Part shown: in pieces, positions 37,992 through 45,929 of the stretch | Layout of the letters: each line of letters begins with the position of its first letter | Numbering within the stretch: position 1 is the first letter of the stretch | Virus record (IMG/VR): IMGVR_UViG_3300045988_071280 | Source: a virus | Length of the DNA stretch: 64,000 nucleotides | Reading direction: 5' to 3' (one strand) | Program-made: the position numbers and the translations under genes | The notes under the pieces: model-generated | Told to the model about the DNA's origin: nothing | What the model saw: the letters and a program-made list of their open reading frames with translations, nothing else | Database searches by the model: none

Positions 37992-38308
37992 AATTGATTA
38001 TTTACTGATAATCCTATTATTAAAAATGTTACAGTTTTATCATCTTTCCCTCCAAGAGAAAATGTTACTCCTGTAGTATTTAAACTAGATATACTTATAG
38101 CATATCCTTGTTCATCATTATTTTTTAATGAAGCCATTCCGGTAATTATCCCACTAAATCCTTTTAATGGTACAGAAACAACATCATACCCAGGACAAGT
38201 AGTAGTTCCATAAGCGATTCGTAGTCCTTTATAATTTATATATGTAACAGGATCTACCATTTCCACGGAATAGTCCTCTAAATTATCTTCTGTTAAAAAT
38301 TCAGCCAT
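37976..38308 (-). CDS. small fibre-associated paralog B, 110 aa
   Basis: Starts MAEFLTEDNL, contains NNDEQGYAISISSL and ends GGKDDKTVTFLIIG. Confidence 0.5.
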   Translation of the reverse strand: MAEFLTEDNLEDYSVEMVDPVTYINYKGLRIAYGTTTCPGYDVVSVPLKGFSGIITGMASLKNNDEQGYAISISSLNTTGVTFSLGGKDDKTVTFLIIGLSVNNQLWRSL

Positions 38309-38310
38309 AT

Positions 38311-38604
38311 TTAATCACTTTCTCCTATTATTAAATAATAAAATTCTTTAGGATCTTTCCCTCCGAGTATGAAAGTAGCCGAGGTATTAGTATAAGAGGA
38401 TAAATTTACTGTATAACCTGCTTCATTATTATTTTTTAAACAACAGAATACTCCATATACTGATTTAAATCCGGAATAAGTAATTGTTATACCTCTACTA
38501 GTTATAGAAGAATATCCTCCAACCATTCTGAGTCCTAAACCTTCAATCCCTCCAGATCCAGTAGAATCTAAAGCTCTATCGTCTACAGTTAGATATTCTG
38601 CCAT
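38311..38604 (-). CDS. small fibre-associated paralog C, 97 aa
   Basis: Starts MAEYLTVDDR, contains NNNEAGYTVNLSS and ends GGKDPKEFYYLIIG. Confidence 0.5.
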   Translation of the reverse strand: MAEYLTVDDRALDSTGSGGIEGLGLRMVGGYSSITSRGITITYSGFKSVYGVFCCLKNNNEAGYTVNLSSYTNTSATFILGGKDPKEFYYLIIGESD

Positions 38605-38605
38605 A

Positions 38606-38746
38606 TTATATTATTTTAGCTCTTTGTTTTAATCGATGTATATCATCTTCTAAAGATTGGATTTTGTCTTTTATTATATTTAATTCTAAGGAATCTTTTT
38701 TGATAAAGATTCTATGTAAAAATGTTTTAATTTTATTTAATAACAT
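38606..38746 (-). CDS. possible small coiled-coil protein, 46 aa
   Basis: Unlisted ORF MLLNKIKTFLHRIFIKKDSLELNIIKDKIQSLEDDIHRLKQRAKII*. Its stop lies 1 nt before the next ATG. Confidence 0.3.
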   Translation of the reverse strand: MLLNKIKTFLHRIFIKKDSLELNIIKDKIQSLEDDIHRLKQRAKII

Positions 38747-38756
38747 ATTAATTAAA

Positions 38757-39094
38757 TTAATATCCTATAGCTAACCAAAAAAATTCACTTCTGGTATTTA
38801 CTGGAGCAGTTCCTACTAATTCCACTGTTAACGAGGAATTTGTGAAGGATTTAATAGTTAAAACATCTCCTTTAGACCAATAACCATAATAGTTATTAGG
38901 AGTGAGTTGCACCATACAGCATTTAGTAGGAAATGTTTTTGGATATGATACTGTTGCAGTCATACTTCCAGTATTAAAGTTACTAAGTCCTGACTGTATC
39001 AATATCCCCCCCCCTGTAAGGTATCTGCTTTTGTAGGAGCTGTTTTAGAGAATAAGGTATTTAAATTATCTTTGGTTATAAATTCCTTTGCCAT
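38757..39094 (-). CDS. small fibre-associated paralog D, interrupted by a -1 frame change at a G9 tract
   Basis: The ATG at 39094 gives MAKEFITKDNLNTLFSKTAPTKADTLQGGGY*, with the stop at 39001-38999. The rest (ILIQSGLSNF...EFFWLAIGY*, track ORF 38757-39002 with a TTG pseudo-start) is in the -1 frame. One extra G, or a -1 slip on the G9 run, joins the two parts. Confidence 0.6.
39006..39014 (-). repeat. homopolymeric G9 tract (C9 on plus strand) inside a coding region
   Basis: Counted directly in the text: aatat-ccccccccc-tgtaag. Confidence 0.95.
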
Positions 39095-39124
39095 TTATTA
39101 ATATTTTATTTAATTATTATATAT

Positions 39125-40180
39125 TTATGTTAATTTTTTATATGTATTTCCACTTGTATTTAATTCTGTCCACCATATATCTCCTTTATAATTAATTAGT
39201 TCTGGCTGTATTCCAACATTTCCAAAATTCTTTACTATAGTACCGCTATATATCTCACATAAACAAGGATATTTAAGAGTAGCAGATTGAGATACATTTA
39301 TACACTTATTGCCTCCGTATATTAAGCATCTAACAAAAAATTCAGTCATCGGAGTGTATGATAAAGAAAGACTTGATGTTTGAGAAGAATGATAATCCCA
39401 TGTACTACTAGTCCTTATATAGCTATTATTAGTCTCTGCGTTAGCAAATGTAGCATAATTACCATTAGATTCTTTAGTAAGAACTTGAGAATACATAGTA
39501 GGACTAACATCCGCTCCTTTAGTATAAGAATATGAATCATTAGTCTCATTTACATATAACCTAGCTACACATCTATACGTTCCTCCAACATCAAAATACG
39601 CATAATGATAAGTGCCAACCTTCTCTACAAAAGAAAAAGTTCTCGGATATTTAAAATTACTACCAGTATAAGCAGCTATAGTAGTAAGAGTATTATTAGA
39701 TGTATTTAATTTATATATTCTAAATTGCGTATTAGCATTTGAAGAAGATCCACTACAACAAAATAGATAATTACCTGATAAAGCCGAAGTAGCTATATTA
39801 TACCAATATCCAGTAGAACCACTTAGAGATATAGATGTGGTAACCATTGTACCATTAACCACAACTCCGAAAGTGATATTTTTAAAATCAGAAGCTGCAT
39901 AAACAAATGGAATTCTTTCATCATCAGGATCTGCTACAACACCTATACGACAATAGACACTTCTGGAAGAAAGAAAATCGTTTAGAACCTGCATATTATC
40001 TACTTTCCTATTTACATCGTCATACGCAACGAAATCAGTATTAGCATAGCTAGTAAGTAAATCAGGATCCGCCTTTAATAAAAGAATATTTTGCTTTGAT
40101 ATATATTCAGTACCTCCAGTTACTGGTATACCTTGTAATTTCTCTATTGCCTGGTCAATTGTTATAAATTCCTTACTCAT
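39125..40180 (-). CDS. receptor-binding-like tail protein, 351 aa
   Basis: The N-terminus MSKEFITIDQAIEKLQG...ADPDLLTSY is shared with 36902-37672. The C-terminal part is rich in S/T/Y/N beta-formers. Confidence 0.5.
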   Translation of the reverse strand: MSKEFITIDQAIEKLQGIPVTGGTEYISKQNILLLKADPDLLTSYANTDFVAYDDVNRKVDNMQVLNDFLSSRSVYCRIGVVADPDDERIPFVYAASDFKNITFGVVVNGTMVTTSISLSGSTGYWYNIATSALSGNYLFCCSGSSSNANTQFRIYKLNTSNNTLTTIAAYTGSNFKYPRTFSFVEKVGTYHYAYFDVGGTYRCVARLYVNETNDSYSYTKGADVSPTMYSQVLTKESNGNYATFANAETNNSYIRTSSTWDYHSSQTSSLSLSYTPMTEFFVRCLIYGGNKCINVSQSATLKYPCLCEIYSGTIVKNFGNVGIQPELINYKGDIWWTELNTSGNTYKKLT

Positions 40181-40235
40181 AACAATTCCAATAACGAGAT
40201 TTTATTTTTTAATAATCTATTTAGATTCTTTTCAT

Positions 40236-40244
40236 CCCCCCCCC
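40236..40244 (-). repeat. homopolymeric G9 tract (C9 on plus strand), intergenic, 56 nt upstream of the ATG at 40180
   Basis: Counted directly in the text: ttcat-ccccccccc-tattta. Confidence 0.95.
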
Positions 40245-40277
40245 TATTTATAGAGGATTTTAAAGATATTTTATATA

Positions 40278-42653
40278 TCATATTTTCCATACTTTCTTTA
40301 AATTACTTATTTCTTGTTCTAAATATTTTATTTTTTCCTCAAATTCTTTCTGAGATTTAATTCTTAAATTATATTCCTCTTTTAAAGCCTCTTGAAGAAG
40401 GATTGTATATCTCTCATATGAAAATGTTAAAATAGAATTATTTATTTCTCTTACAAGCTCTGGATAATATTTATTCCAGTATTGAGCTGAGGTTCCTATA
40501 CATAAATCATTCTCGTCCATCCAATTATATTTAAATCCGGGAGAATTTAGTACTAGAGGTAATATATTAGATAAATTCTCTATATTATGTTTATATCTAA
40601 TATCAGATACAGAAGTTGTCCCAGCTCCGTTTGTATGAACAGTATGTTTTGTGAAAGTGATTTCATCAAGACTGTTAATTTTAGCCATTATTGATTCAGG
40701 TGTTTCTCCTGAAGAATTCATTAATGTATCTACATCGGCTCTTAAACTAAGAATATCTTGTTGTAATGGAACTAAATCAGATAGATAAGATATTTCATTA
40801 TCTCCCCATGTAATCCTTCTATTAAAAGTGCTAGGTATATTAAATACATTATTAGTTCCCTCCCCATTTGGAATCCATACTCGAAGATCGGTATCCATAC
40901 CTAATATTGACCAGTTTATTTCTTTTGTAGAAGATGCAGATAATTTAAGCATTCCATTTATCTCACAATCTCCTTTTAATCTTATGTACCTACAATATAC
41001 TTTTTCAGAATAGACTCCGTATATATCAGAACTTAATAAAGTATCAAAATATATAGGATCTCTAATACCTTCTAAACATCCCAATCTTAATCTCGGAGAT
41101 AAGGGTGCGACTTCATCATTTATACCTAAATAAGATTTATCTAAACATTCTCCAGTTTCGGGGTTTGTTTCTCTAATACTATGTAAATACAAAGAATCCC
41201 AATTTCTAAAATATAAAACATCTCCAACTTCCGGAAGTTTTTCTAACTCTCTCTTCCTTTCCTCATCAGTAGTTTCATCTAAATACTCTTCTAAATCCTT
41301 ATCTAAAACATTTTTATCAATAGTAGCAACTATATTACATCCAGAAATTGTAAAAGTATCCTCATCATAAATCCATTCTAATTCTTCAATCTTAATCCTA
41401 CCTTTAGATATTATTTTAGTAGTAGGAATTAAAGTGCTTACATCAATCTCTTCCTCAGAATCTTCTGGTATTTCTACATTATATCCATAAGAATACTTCT
41501 CAAAATATAAATAATCTCCTATTTTTATATTATAAATCCCATTTATAGATATCTCGTATTTAATAGGAATAACTTCCTCTGTTTCTCCTCCAGATTCTTC
41601 TTCATTAGGAACTATTTCAGATATACTAGATACAATTCCTTGTGGTTCAAAGAAATAATTAGTATTTAATCCTTTAGTAATAAAATCCTTCTCTTTAGAT
41701 GAACCATCCCCAAACGGGCCTTTAGCAGAATTTCTCACTATTAAATTATCTACTTCTAAAGTCCATTCGGAATTTATATTCGCTAATCTATATCCAGCCA
41801 TTCCTTCTATGAAATAATCTGATATTATCCCAGAATTAAGAACAGCTTCATCTTTTACATACATATTCCCATCTACTTCAAAATTATAGTTATAAGTTGG
41901 AGGATATCCTATAGATATATAATTCCCATTTATATATGTAATACCTTCTTTAGAATTAAATTTAATACCAGAAGTATTAGTATCTAAAGTTACTCCACTA
42001 TTATTAACTATTATATCTAAATAATCATTCTGATTTTTTATCTGCATCCCATTTGATCCTATTACATTAAAATCTCTAGGTCCATGAAGATTATTTTCTA
42101 AATTAATAGTTACTTTATCCTTAACTATTCCTCCGGAATTAAGACTTAAATATAATTCTACTAAAGTCCCATTATCATTATAATAATGAACTTTATCATC
42201 TGAATTAAAATAAACAAAATCAATAGGTAAAATTGCAGTATTATCTTGATTATTAATAATAACTTTTAAATTTCTTTGAGCAGTTCTAATCTGTTCTAGA
42301 GTAAGATCTTGATTATAATTAATAGCTAAATAATCCTCAGAATTCTCTACATCATCTCTTTTAGATAGTACTGGATATAATATTCCATTTATTTGAAAAT
42401 AAATAGCATCTTCCGATTCCACAAAATACCATCCATCCGCAGTTCCTATATCATTTTTATTCTGAACAATATTTATACTCTTATCATTACCATCAGTCTT
42501 AGATATCTTTCCGTTAGAAATAAGATCCAAGAAAGCATTTCCGAATCTAACTTTTACATTACCTTTTCCATTAAGAATTATATCAGTATCAGCAGATCCA
42601 ACCATTAAATATGGCTTTCCTAGAATCTTTTCTACTTTAATAAGTTCTCCCAT
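40278..42653 (-). CDS. tail fibre/spike with C-terminal intramolecular-chaperone (peptidase S74-like) domain, 791 aa
   Basis: The C-terminus has TSVSDIRYKHNIENL...FKYNW...IGTSAQ...FSYERYT followed by a coiled coil, which is the S74 autoproteolytic chaperone signature (SDxRxKxNI). It is homologous to the C-terminus of 45930-52364. Confidence 0.75.
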   Translation of the reverse strand: MGELIKVEKILGKPYLMVGSADTDIILNGKGNVKVRFGNAFLDLISNGKISKTDGNDKSINIVQNKNDIGTADGWYFVESEDAIYFQINGILYPVLSKRDDVENSEDYLAINYNQDLTLEQIRTAQRNLKVIINNQDNTAILPIDFVYFNSDDKVHYYNDNGTLVELYLSLNSGGIVKDKVTINLENNLHGPRDFNVIGSNGMQIKNQNDYLDIIVNNSGVTLDTNTSGIKFNSKEGITYINGNYISIGYPPTYNYNFEVDGNMYVKDEAVLNSGIISDYFIEGMAGYRLANINSEWTLEVDNLIVRNSAKGPFGDGSSKEKDFITKGLNTNYFFEPQGIVSSISEIVPNEEESGGETEEVIPIKYEISINGIYNIKIGDYLYFEKYSYGYNVEIPEDSEEEIDVSTLIPTTKIISKGRIKIEELEWIYDEDTFTISGCNIVATIDKNVLDKDLEEYLDETTDEERKRELEKLPEVGDVLYFRNWDSLYLHSIRETNPETGECLDKSYLGINDEVAPLSPRLRLGCLEGIRDPIYFDTLLSSDIYGVYSEKVYCRYIRLKGDCEINGMLKLSASSTKEINWSILGMDTDLRVWIPNGEGTNNVFNIPSTFNRRITWGDNEISYLSDLVPLQQDILSLRADVDTLMNSSGETPESIMAKINSLDEITFTKHTVHTNGAGTTSVSDIRYKHNIENLSNILPLVLNSPGFKYNWMDENDLCIGTSAQYWNKYYPELVREINNSILTFSYERYTILLQEALKEEYNLRIKSQKEFEEKIKYLEQEISNLKKVWKI

Positions 42654-42675
42654 AAAAGTACTTTATTATATTTTA

Positions 42676-42683
42676 CAAATATA
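42676..42683 (-). promoter_or_regulatory. Bacteroidota-type -7 promoter element (TAnnTTTG)
   Basis: The minus strand reads TATATTTG about 23 nt upstream of the ATG at 42653, just downstream of the terminator at 42722-42744. Confidence 0.4.
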
Positions 42684-42721
42684 ATAATTCTAGGCAAAGA
42701 ATCCAATAATTAGTATATAAT

Positions 42722-42744
42722 AAAAAAAAGAAGAGAATCTCTTC
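42722..42744 (-). terminator. rho-independent terminator
   Basis: On the minus strand, GAAGAG-ATT-CTCTTC is followed by T8, about 20 nt after the stop of 42765-43460. Confidence 0.65.
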
Positions 42745-42764
42745 TCTTCTTTCATTTTTGATAG

Positions 42765-43460
42765 TTAATCTCTATCTTCCTTATGTTTATGTTTTAAATG
42801 CTTCATATAATGATAGAAAGCTTTTCCCTCTGGGATAGCTTTATCACGTAACCATAAATATGTAAGCTTAGCACACATTTGAATATCGTCTTTACATAAA
42901 TCCTTAAATAAATGATAACAGATATTTAATGCATAATGCCAATCGTGTTCATTAAAATCCTCAAACTCAACTCCGAATTTTTTAGCGACTTGTTTTGATT
43001 CCTCATATTCAAATTCAGCTTCTTTTACTTTATAATCTTCTATAACACACTCAAGAGCTTCTTCACATAAATCTTTTGTGAAATGAGGACCATTAATCAT
43101 TTCATAGAGTTTAAATTTAATTATATGATACATTTCAGGACATTCTTCTTTTAAAGATTCCATCGCATCAATAAATTTATCCTCTAAATCTTCGAATAAT
43201 TCAGAATCGTCATCTTCATCATCTTCGAATAATCTAGATCTTTTATGTTTATATTTATATTCTTCCTCGTCCTTCTTAAACTTTTTATTAGTTCCTACAT
43301 ATTCCTCATCACTTCCCTCATTTTCATCATCTTCTCTAAATCCTCTATACTTCTTAGATTCTTTAGCTTCGTATGGATAATGTTTCTTATGGGATTTCTT
43401 TTTACTTCCCATCTCCGACATCTCCCGCAGTAATTTCTTCATTCCTTCTATTGATTCCAT
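42765..43460 (-). CDS. highly charged hypothetical protein, 231 aa
   Basis: ORF with a K/E/D-rich N-terminal half and a Cys/His-containing helical C-terminal half. No motif recognised. Confidence 0.45.
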   Translation of the reverse strand: MESIEGMKKLLREMSEMGSKKKSHKKHYPYEAKESKKYRGFREDDENEGSDEEYVGTNKKFKKDEEEYKYKHKRSRLFEDDEDDDSELFEDLEDKFIDAMESLKEECPEMYHIIKFKLYEMINGPHFTKDLCEEALECVIEDYKVKEAEFEYEESKQVAKKFGVEFEDFNEHDWHYALNICYHLFKDLCKDDIQMCAKLTYLWLRDKAIPEGKAFYHYMKHLKHKHKEDRD

Positions 43461-43962
43461 TGCTTATAATTTTAGTAAGTTCTTCAATTTTCTTTTCTAA
43501 AGCTAATATCCTATTATCATCAGAAGAAATTCGTCCAAGTGAGGGATCGTCTCCTAATAATTCTTGTTCTACTTTTTCACATTCTTCTACTATTTTATTA
43601 TATCTATCTAAAGATTTAAGTTGATTAGTAGCGTCAGTTTTCCTTACTCTAATTTCCTGTAATACATCCTCTTTAGTGATACATACAGTACGTGTATCAG
43701 CTCTAGCTATAGACATATCCCTAGTTACAGTAAATGGGAATTGAACACCATTAAATAATGCGGTAATAGTTAAACTTTGAACCGGTTGATTAATTCCGGT
43801 CTTCTGCATAAGAGTTTGGTATACATTATTTAAATTCTCCTTAGGAGGTTCATTAACAATAACTGTTTGAACTAATCCTTTTATATAAGTTAAATCCTTT
43901 TTAAATTGATTATAATCAATTAAATATAAAATATCACCTGGTTTTAATTCTCCGAAATTCAT
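43402..43962 (-). CDS. hypothetical protein, 186 aa
   Basis: ORF that overlaps the downstream gene by 59 nt. The C-terminal part is coiled-coil-like. Confidence 0.45.
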   Translation of the reverse strand: MNFGELKPGDILYLIDYNQFKKDLTYIKGLVQTVIVNEPPKENLNNVYQTLMQKTGINQPVQSLTITALFNGVQFPFTVTRDMSIARADTRTVCITKEDVLQEIRVRKTDATNQLKSLDRYNKIVEECEKVEQELLGDDPSLGRISSDDNRILALEKKIEELTKIISNGINRRNEEITAGDVGDGK

Positions 43963-43991
43963 AAGATATTATTTTATTTAAATATTAAACA

Positions 43992-44420
43992 TTACGCACT
44001 AGGAGTAGCTGCTACAGCAAACTCTAATGCTACATTTCTTGAAAATTTATTAAATGCTCCATCTGGACATCCACCACAAGTATTAGTAAACGTTTCAGCA
44101 TCATTTAAAGTAGTTGTGGTAGTTATAGTAGGAAGAGTACCTACAGGAGGAGGAGTAGTTAATTCTAGAGGAATAGTTATAGTATACTTCTTCACAGTAG
44201 TTTTAAGAACTGAACAAGAAACAGGTCTATAAGTTATCGTGTGCACTAGCGAATAATTTAATAGAAACACATTAGAAGTACCTACTCTAGTTATAACAGG
44301 ATCTTCGATAGTAATTGTACTGGAAAATCCTTCTCTACATATCAAAGATGGGAATCTTTCTACTACTTGGAGATAAGTAACTCCTTCATTAACGAATCCT
44401 TTATTATTTATTACACTCAT
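43992..44420 (-). CDS. hypothetical protein, 142 aa
   Basis: ORF following a terminator. It has a Thr/Pro-rich linker (TTPPPVGTLPTITTTTT) and the segment CGGCPDG. Confidence 0.4.
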   Translation of the reverse strand: MSVINNKGFVNEGVTYLQVVERFPSLICREGFSSTITIEDPVITRVGTSNVFLLNYSLVHTITYRPVSCSVLKTTVKKYTITIPLELTTPPPVGTLPTITTTTTLNDAETFTNTCGGCPDGAFNKFSRNVALEFAVAATPSA

Positions 44421-44429
44421 AACAGTATT

Positions 44430-44458
44430 ATATTAAATAAGGGAGATTTCTCTCCCTT
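44430..44458 (-). terminator. rho-independent terminator
   Basis: On the minus strand, AAGGGAGA-GAAA-TCTCCCTT is followed by ATTTAAT, 19 nt after the stop at 44477. Confidence 0.6.
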
Positions 44459-44476
44459 ACGATGTTAATATTTAAA

Positions 44477-45427
44477 TTAAGCAGGAGTTACAGTTGTTGA
44501 AGCTGCACATCCGCAACCATTATTGCATCCGCATCCGTTATTATATCCATAAGGATAAGCTTGGTAAGCAGGAATTGGTCTCGGAGGAATTATACATTCG
44601 AGATAGTCCAATTTAGCGGTAATAGGACTAATTAAAGCCTGTAAAGCATTATATTGCTGTAAAGTCTGAACACTGTTATTCAATTCAGCATTTCTAGTTT
44701 GAAGAGCTTCAATCTTGTAATCACACATCATGTCTTTAATAGACTGGAATCCTTGGTTAATAGCTATAGTCTGAGCATCTATTTTAGATCCTACATTAGC
44801 GAAACCTTGATTCATGTTATTGTTTATATTACAAGTTTGTTCCTGACAACGTAATTGTTCCTGATAACCTAAACTAGTTAAATTTAAATTAACAGCATCT
44901 ATTGATCTCTGAGTAGAGCAGCAGCATTGATTAATAGCTTGTTCAATAGAACATCCAGTAGATTGAATAGTACTTAAAATAGCACTATTAGATGCACAAA
45001 TCTGATTGATTATATCTTTTTGACCAAGACCTACAGTCTGACTAACTTGATTAATAGCATTCTGTATTGCGTTAGTATCACAATTCAACTGATTAGCTAA
45101 ATTCTGTACAAAGTTTACATTATCTCTAGATGCAGAGTTGATAGCGGTTAATAGATACTCATTAGACAATGCTGATTGTACTTCCGGAGTTCCTAAACCT
45201 GCACCAAATCCGTTACGTCCGAATCCACCAAAGCCACCATTACAGAAAGCTAAGATAAAGATAAGCCAAACAGCCCATTGACCTCCCCAACCATCGTTAT
45301 TATTTCCGTCTTTAGATAAAGCTAAAAGACCTGCTAAATCATTTATTCCATTAGTACTTCTTCCAGCTTCTGGAATAAAATTAAAAATATTAGGCATTCC
45401 ACTGCCCATTTCGGTAAAATTTGCCAT
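44477..45427 (-). CDS. Cys-rich, Q/N-rich membrane-anchored protein, 316 aa
   Basis: It has one TM-like segment (WAVWLIFILAFCNGGFGGFG), then a Q/N-rich helical region with about 14 Cys (QCCCST, CQEQTC), and a C-terminus GCGCNNGCGC. Confidence 0.5.
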   Translation of the reverse strand: MANFTEMGSGMPNIFNFIPEAGRSTNGINDLAGLLALSKDGNNNDGWGGQWAVWLIFILAFCNGGFGGFGRNGFGAGLGTPEVQSALSNEYLLTAINSASRDNVNFVQNLANQLNCDTNAIQNAINQVSQTVGLGQKDIINQICASNSAILSTIQSTGCSIEQAINQCCCSTQRSIDAVNLNLTSLGYQEQLRCQEQTCNINNNMNQGFANVGSKIDAQTIAINQGFQSIKDMMCDYKIEALQTRNAELNNSVQTLQQYNALQALISPITAKLDYLECIIPPRPIPAYQAYPYGYNNGCGCNNGCGCAASTTVTPA

Positions 45428-45452
45428 AGATTAAATAAGTTTAAATTAGACA

Positions 45453-45501
45453 TAAAAAAACTATCTTTGCGCTCCGATTGTTTTCATAGCACAAAGATAG
45501 T
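45453..45501 (-). terminator. hairpin plus T7, terminator or regulatory stem-loop
   Basis: On the minus strand, an 11-bp stem AACTATCTTTG/CAAAGATAGTT with a 22-nt loop is followed by TTTTTTT. It lies between 45571-45831 and 44477-45427. Confidence 0.5.
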
Positions 45502-45570
45502 TAGTATATGATTCATTTAAACGTATTTTCTATCTGTAGCTCACACATGTGATATTTTAATTTAAATTCT

Positions 45571-45831
45571 TTATCGTAATTCTTTATCGTAATTCTTTAG
45601 ATATTCACATTTATTTACAGCTCTTATTATAGTAGAATGATGTTTATTATAAATTTTAGATAAACGATAGAAGGAAATACCGTATTTAACGTGTAAGAAA
45701 TAGAATAAGATACTTCTAGCATCTGTATGAGATCTAAGCTTTCTATTATCTCTTAATTCTTCTATCGTGATATTAAATATATTAGATATTATACTTTCTA
45801 ATTTGTTTATTATTTCTTCCATAGATATCAT
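45571..45831 (-). CDS. small DnaA domain IV-like helix-turn-helix protein, 86 aa
   Basis: The segment RSHTDARSILFYFLHVKYGISFYRLSKIYNKHHSTIIRAVNKC parallels the DnaA C-terminal DNA-binding motif (R..AMYL...S...IG..F..DHTTV.HA..K). Confidence 0.55.
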   Translation of the reverse strand: MISMEEIINKLESIISNIFNITIEELRDNRKLRSHTDARSILFYFLHVKYGISFYRLSKIYNKHHSTIIRAVNKCEYLKNYDKELR

Positions 45832-45929
45832 GTTTAAGATTTTTATATATTCCTTAGTATCAATAAGTATATATAAGCTGTCATGTCTATGGAATGATAC
45901 TTATTTAGTAAATATAATATATAAGGTTA

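Noticed and set aside
42654-42764. A full Bacteroidota promoter (-33 TTTG plus -7 TAnnTTTG) upstream of the 791-aa fibre gene.
   Set aside because: Only the -7-like TATATTTG is convincing. The nearest upstream TTTG is about 11 nt away, not the expected ~19-21 nt. Only the -7 motif is reported, with low confidence, and late genes may instead use a phage polymerase.
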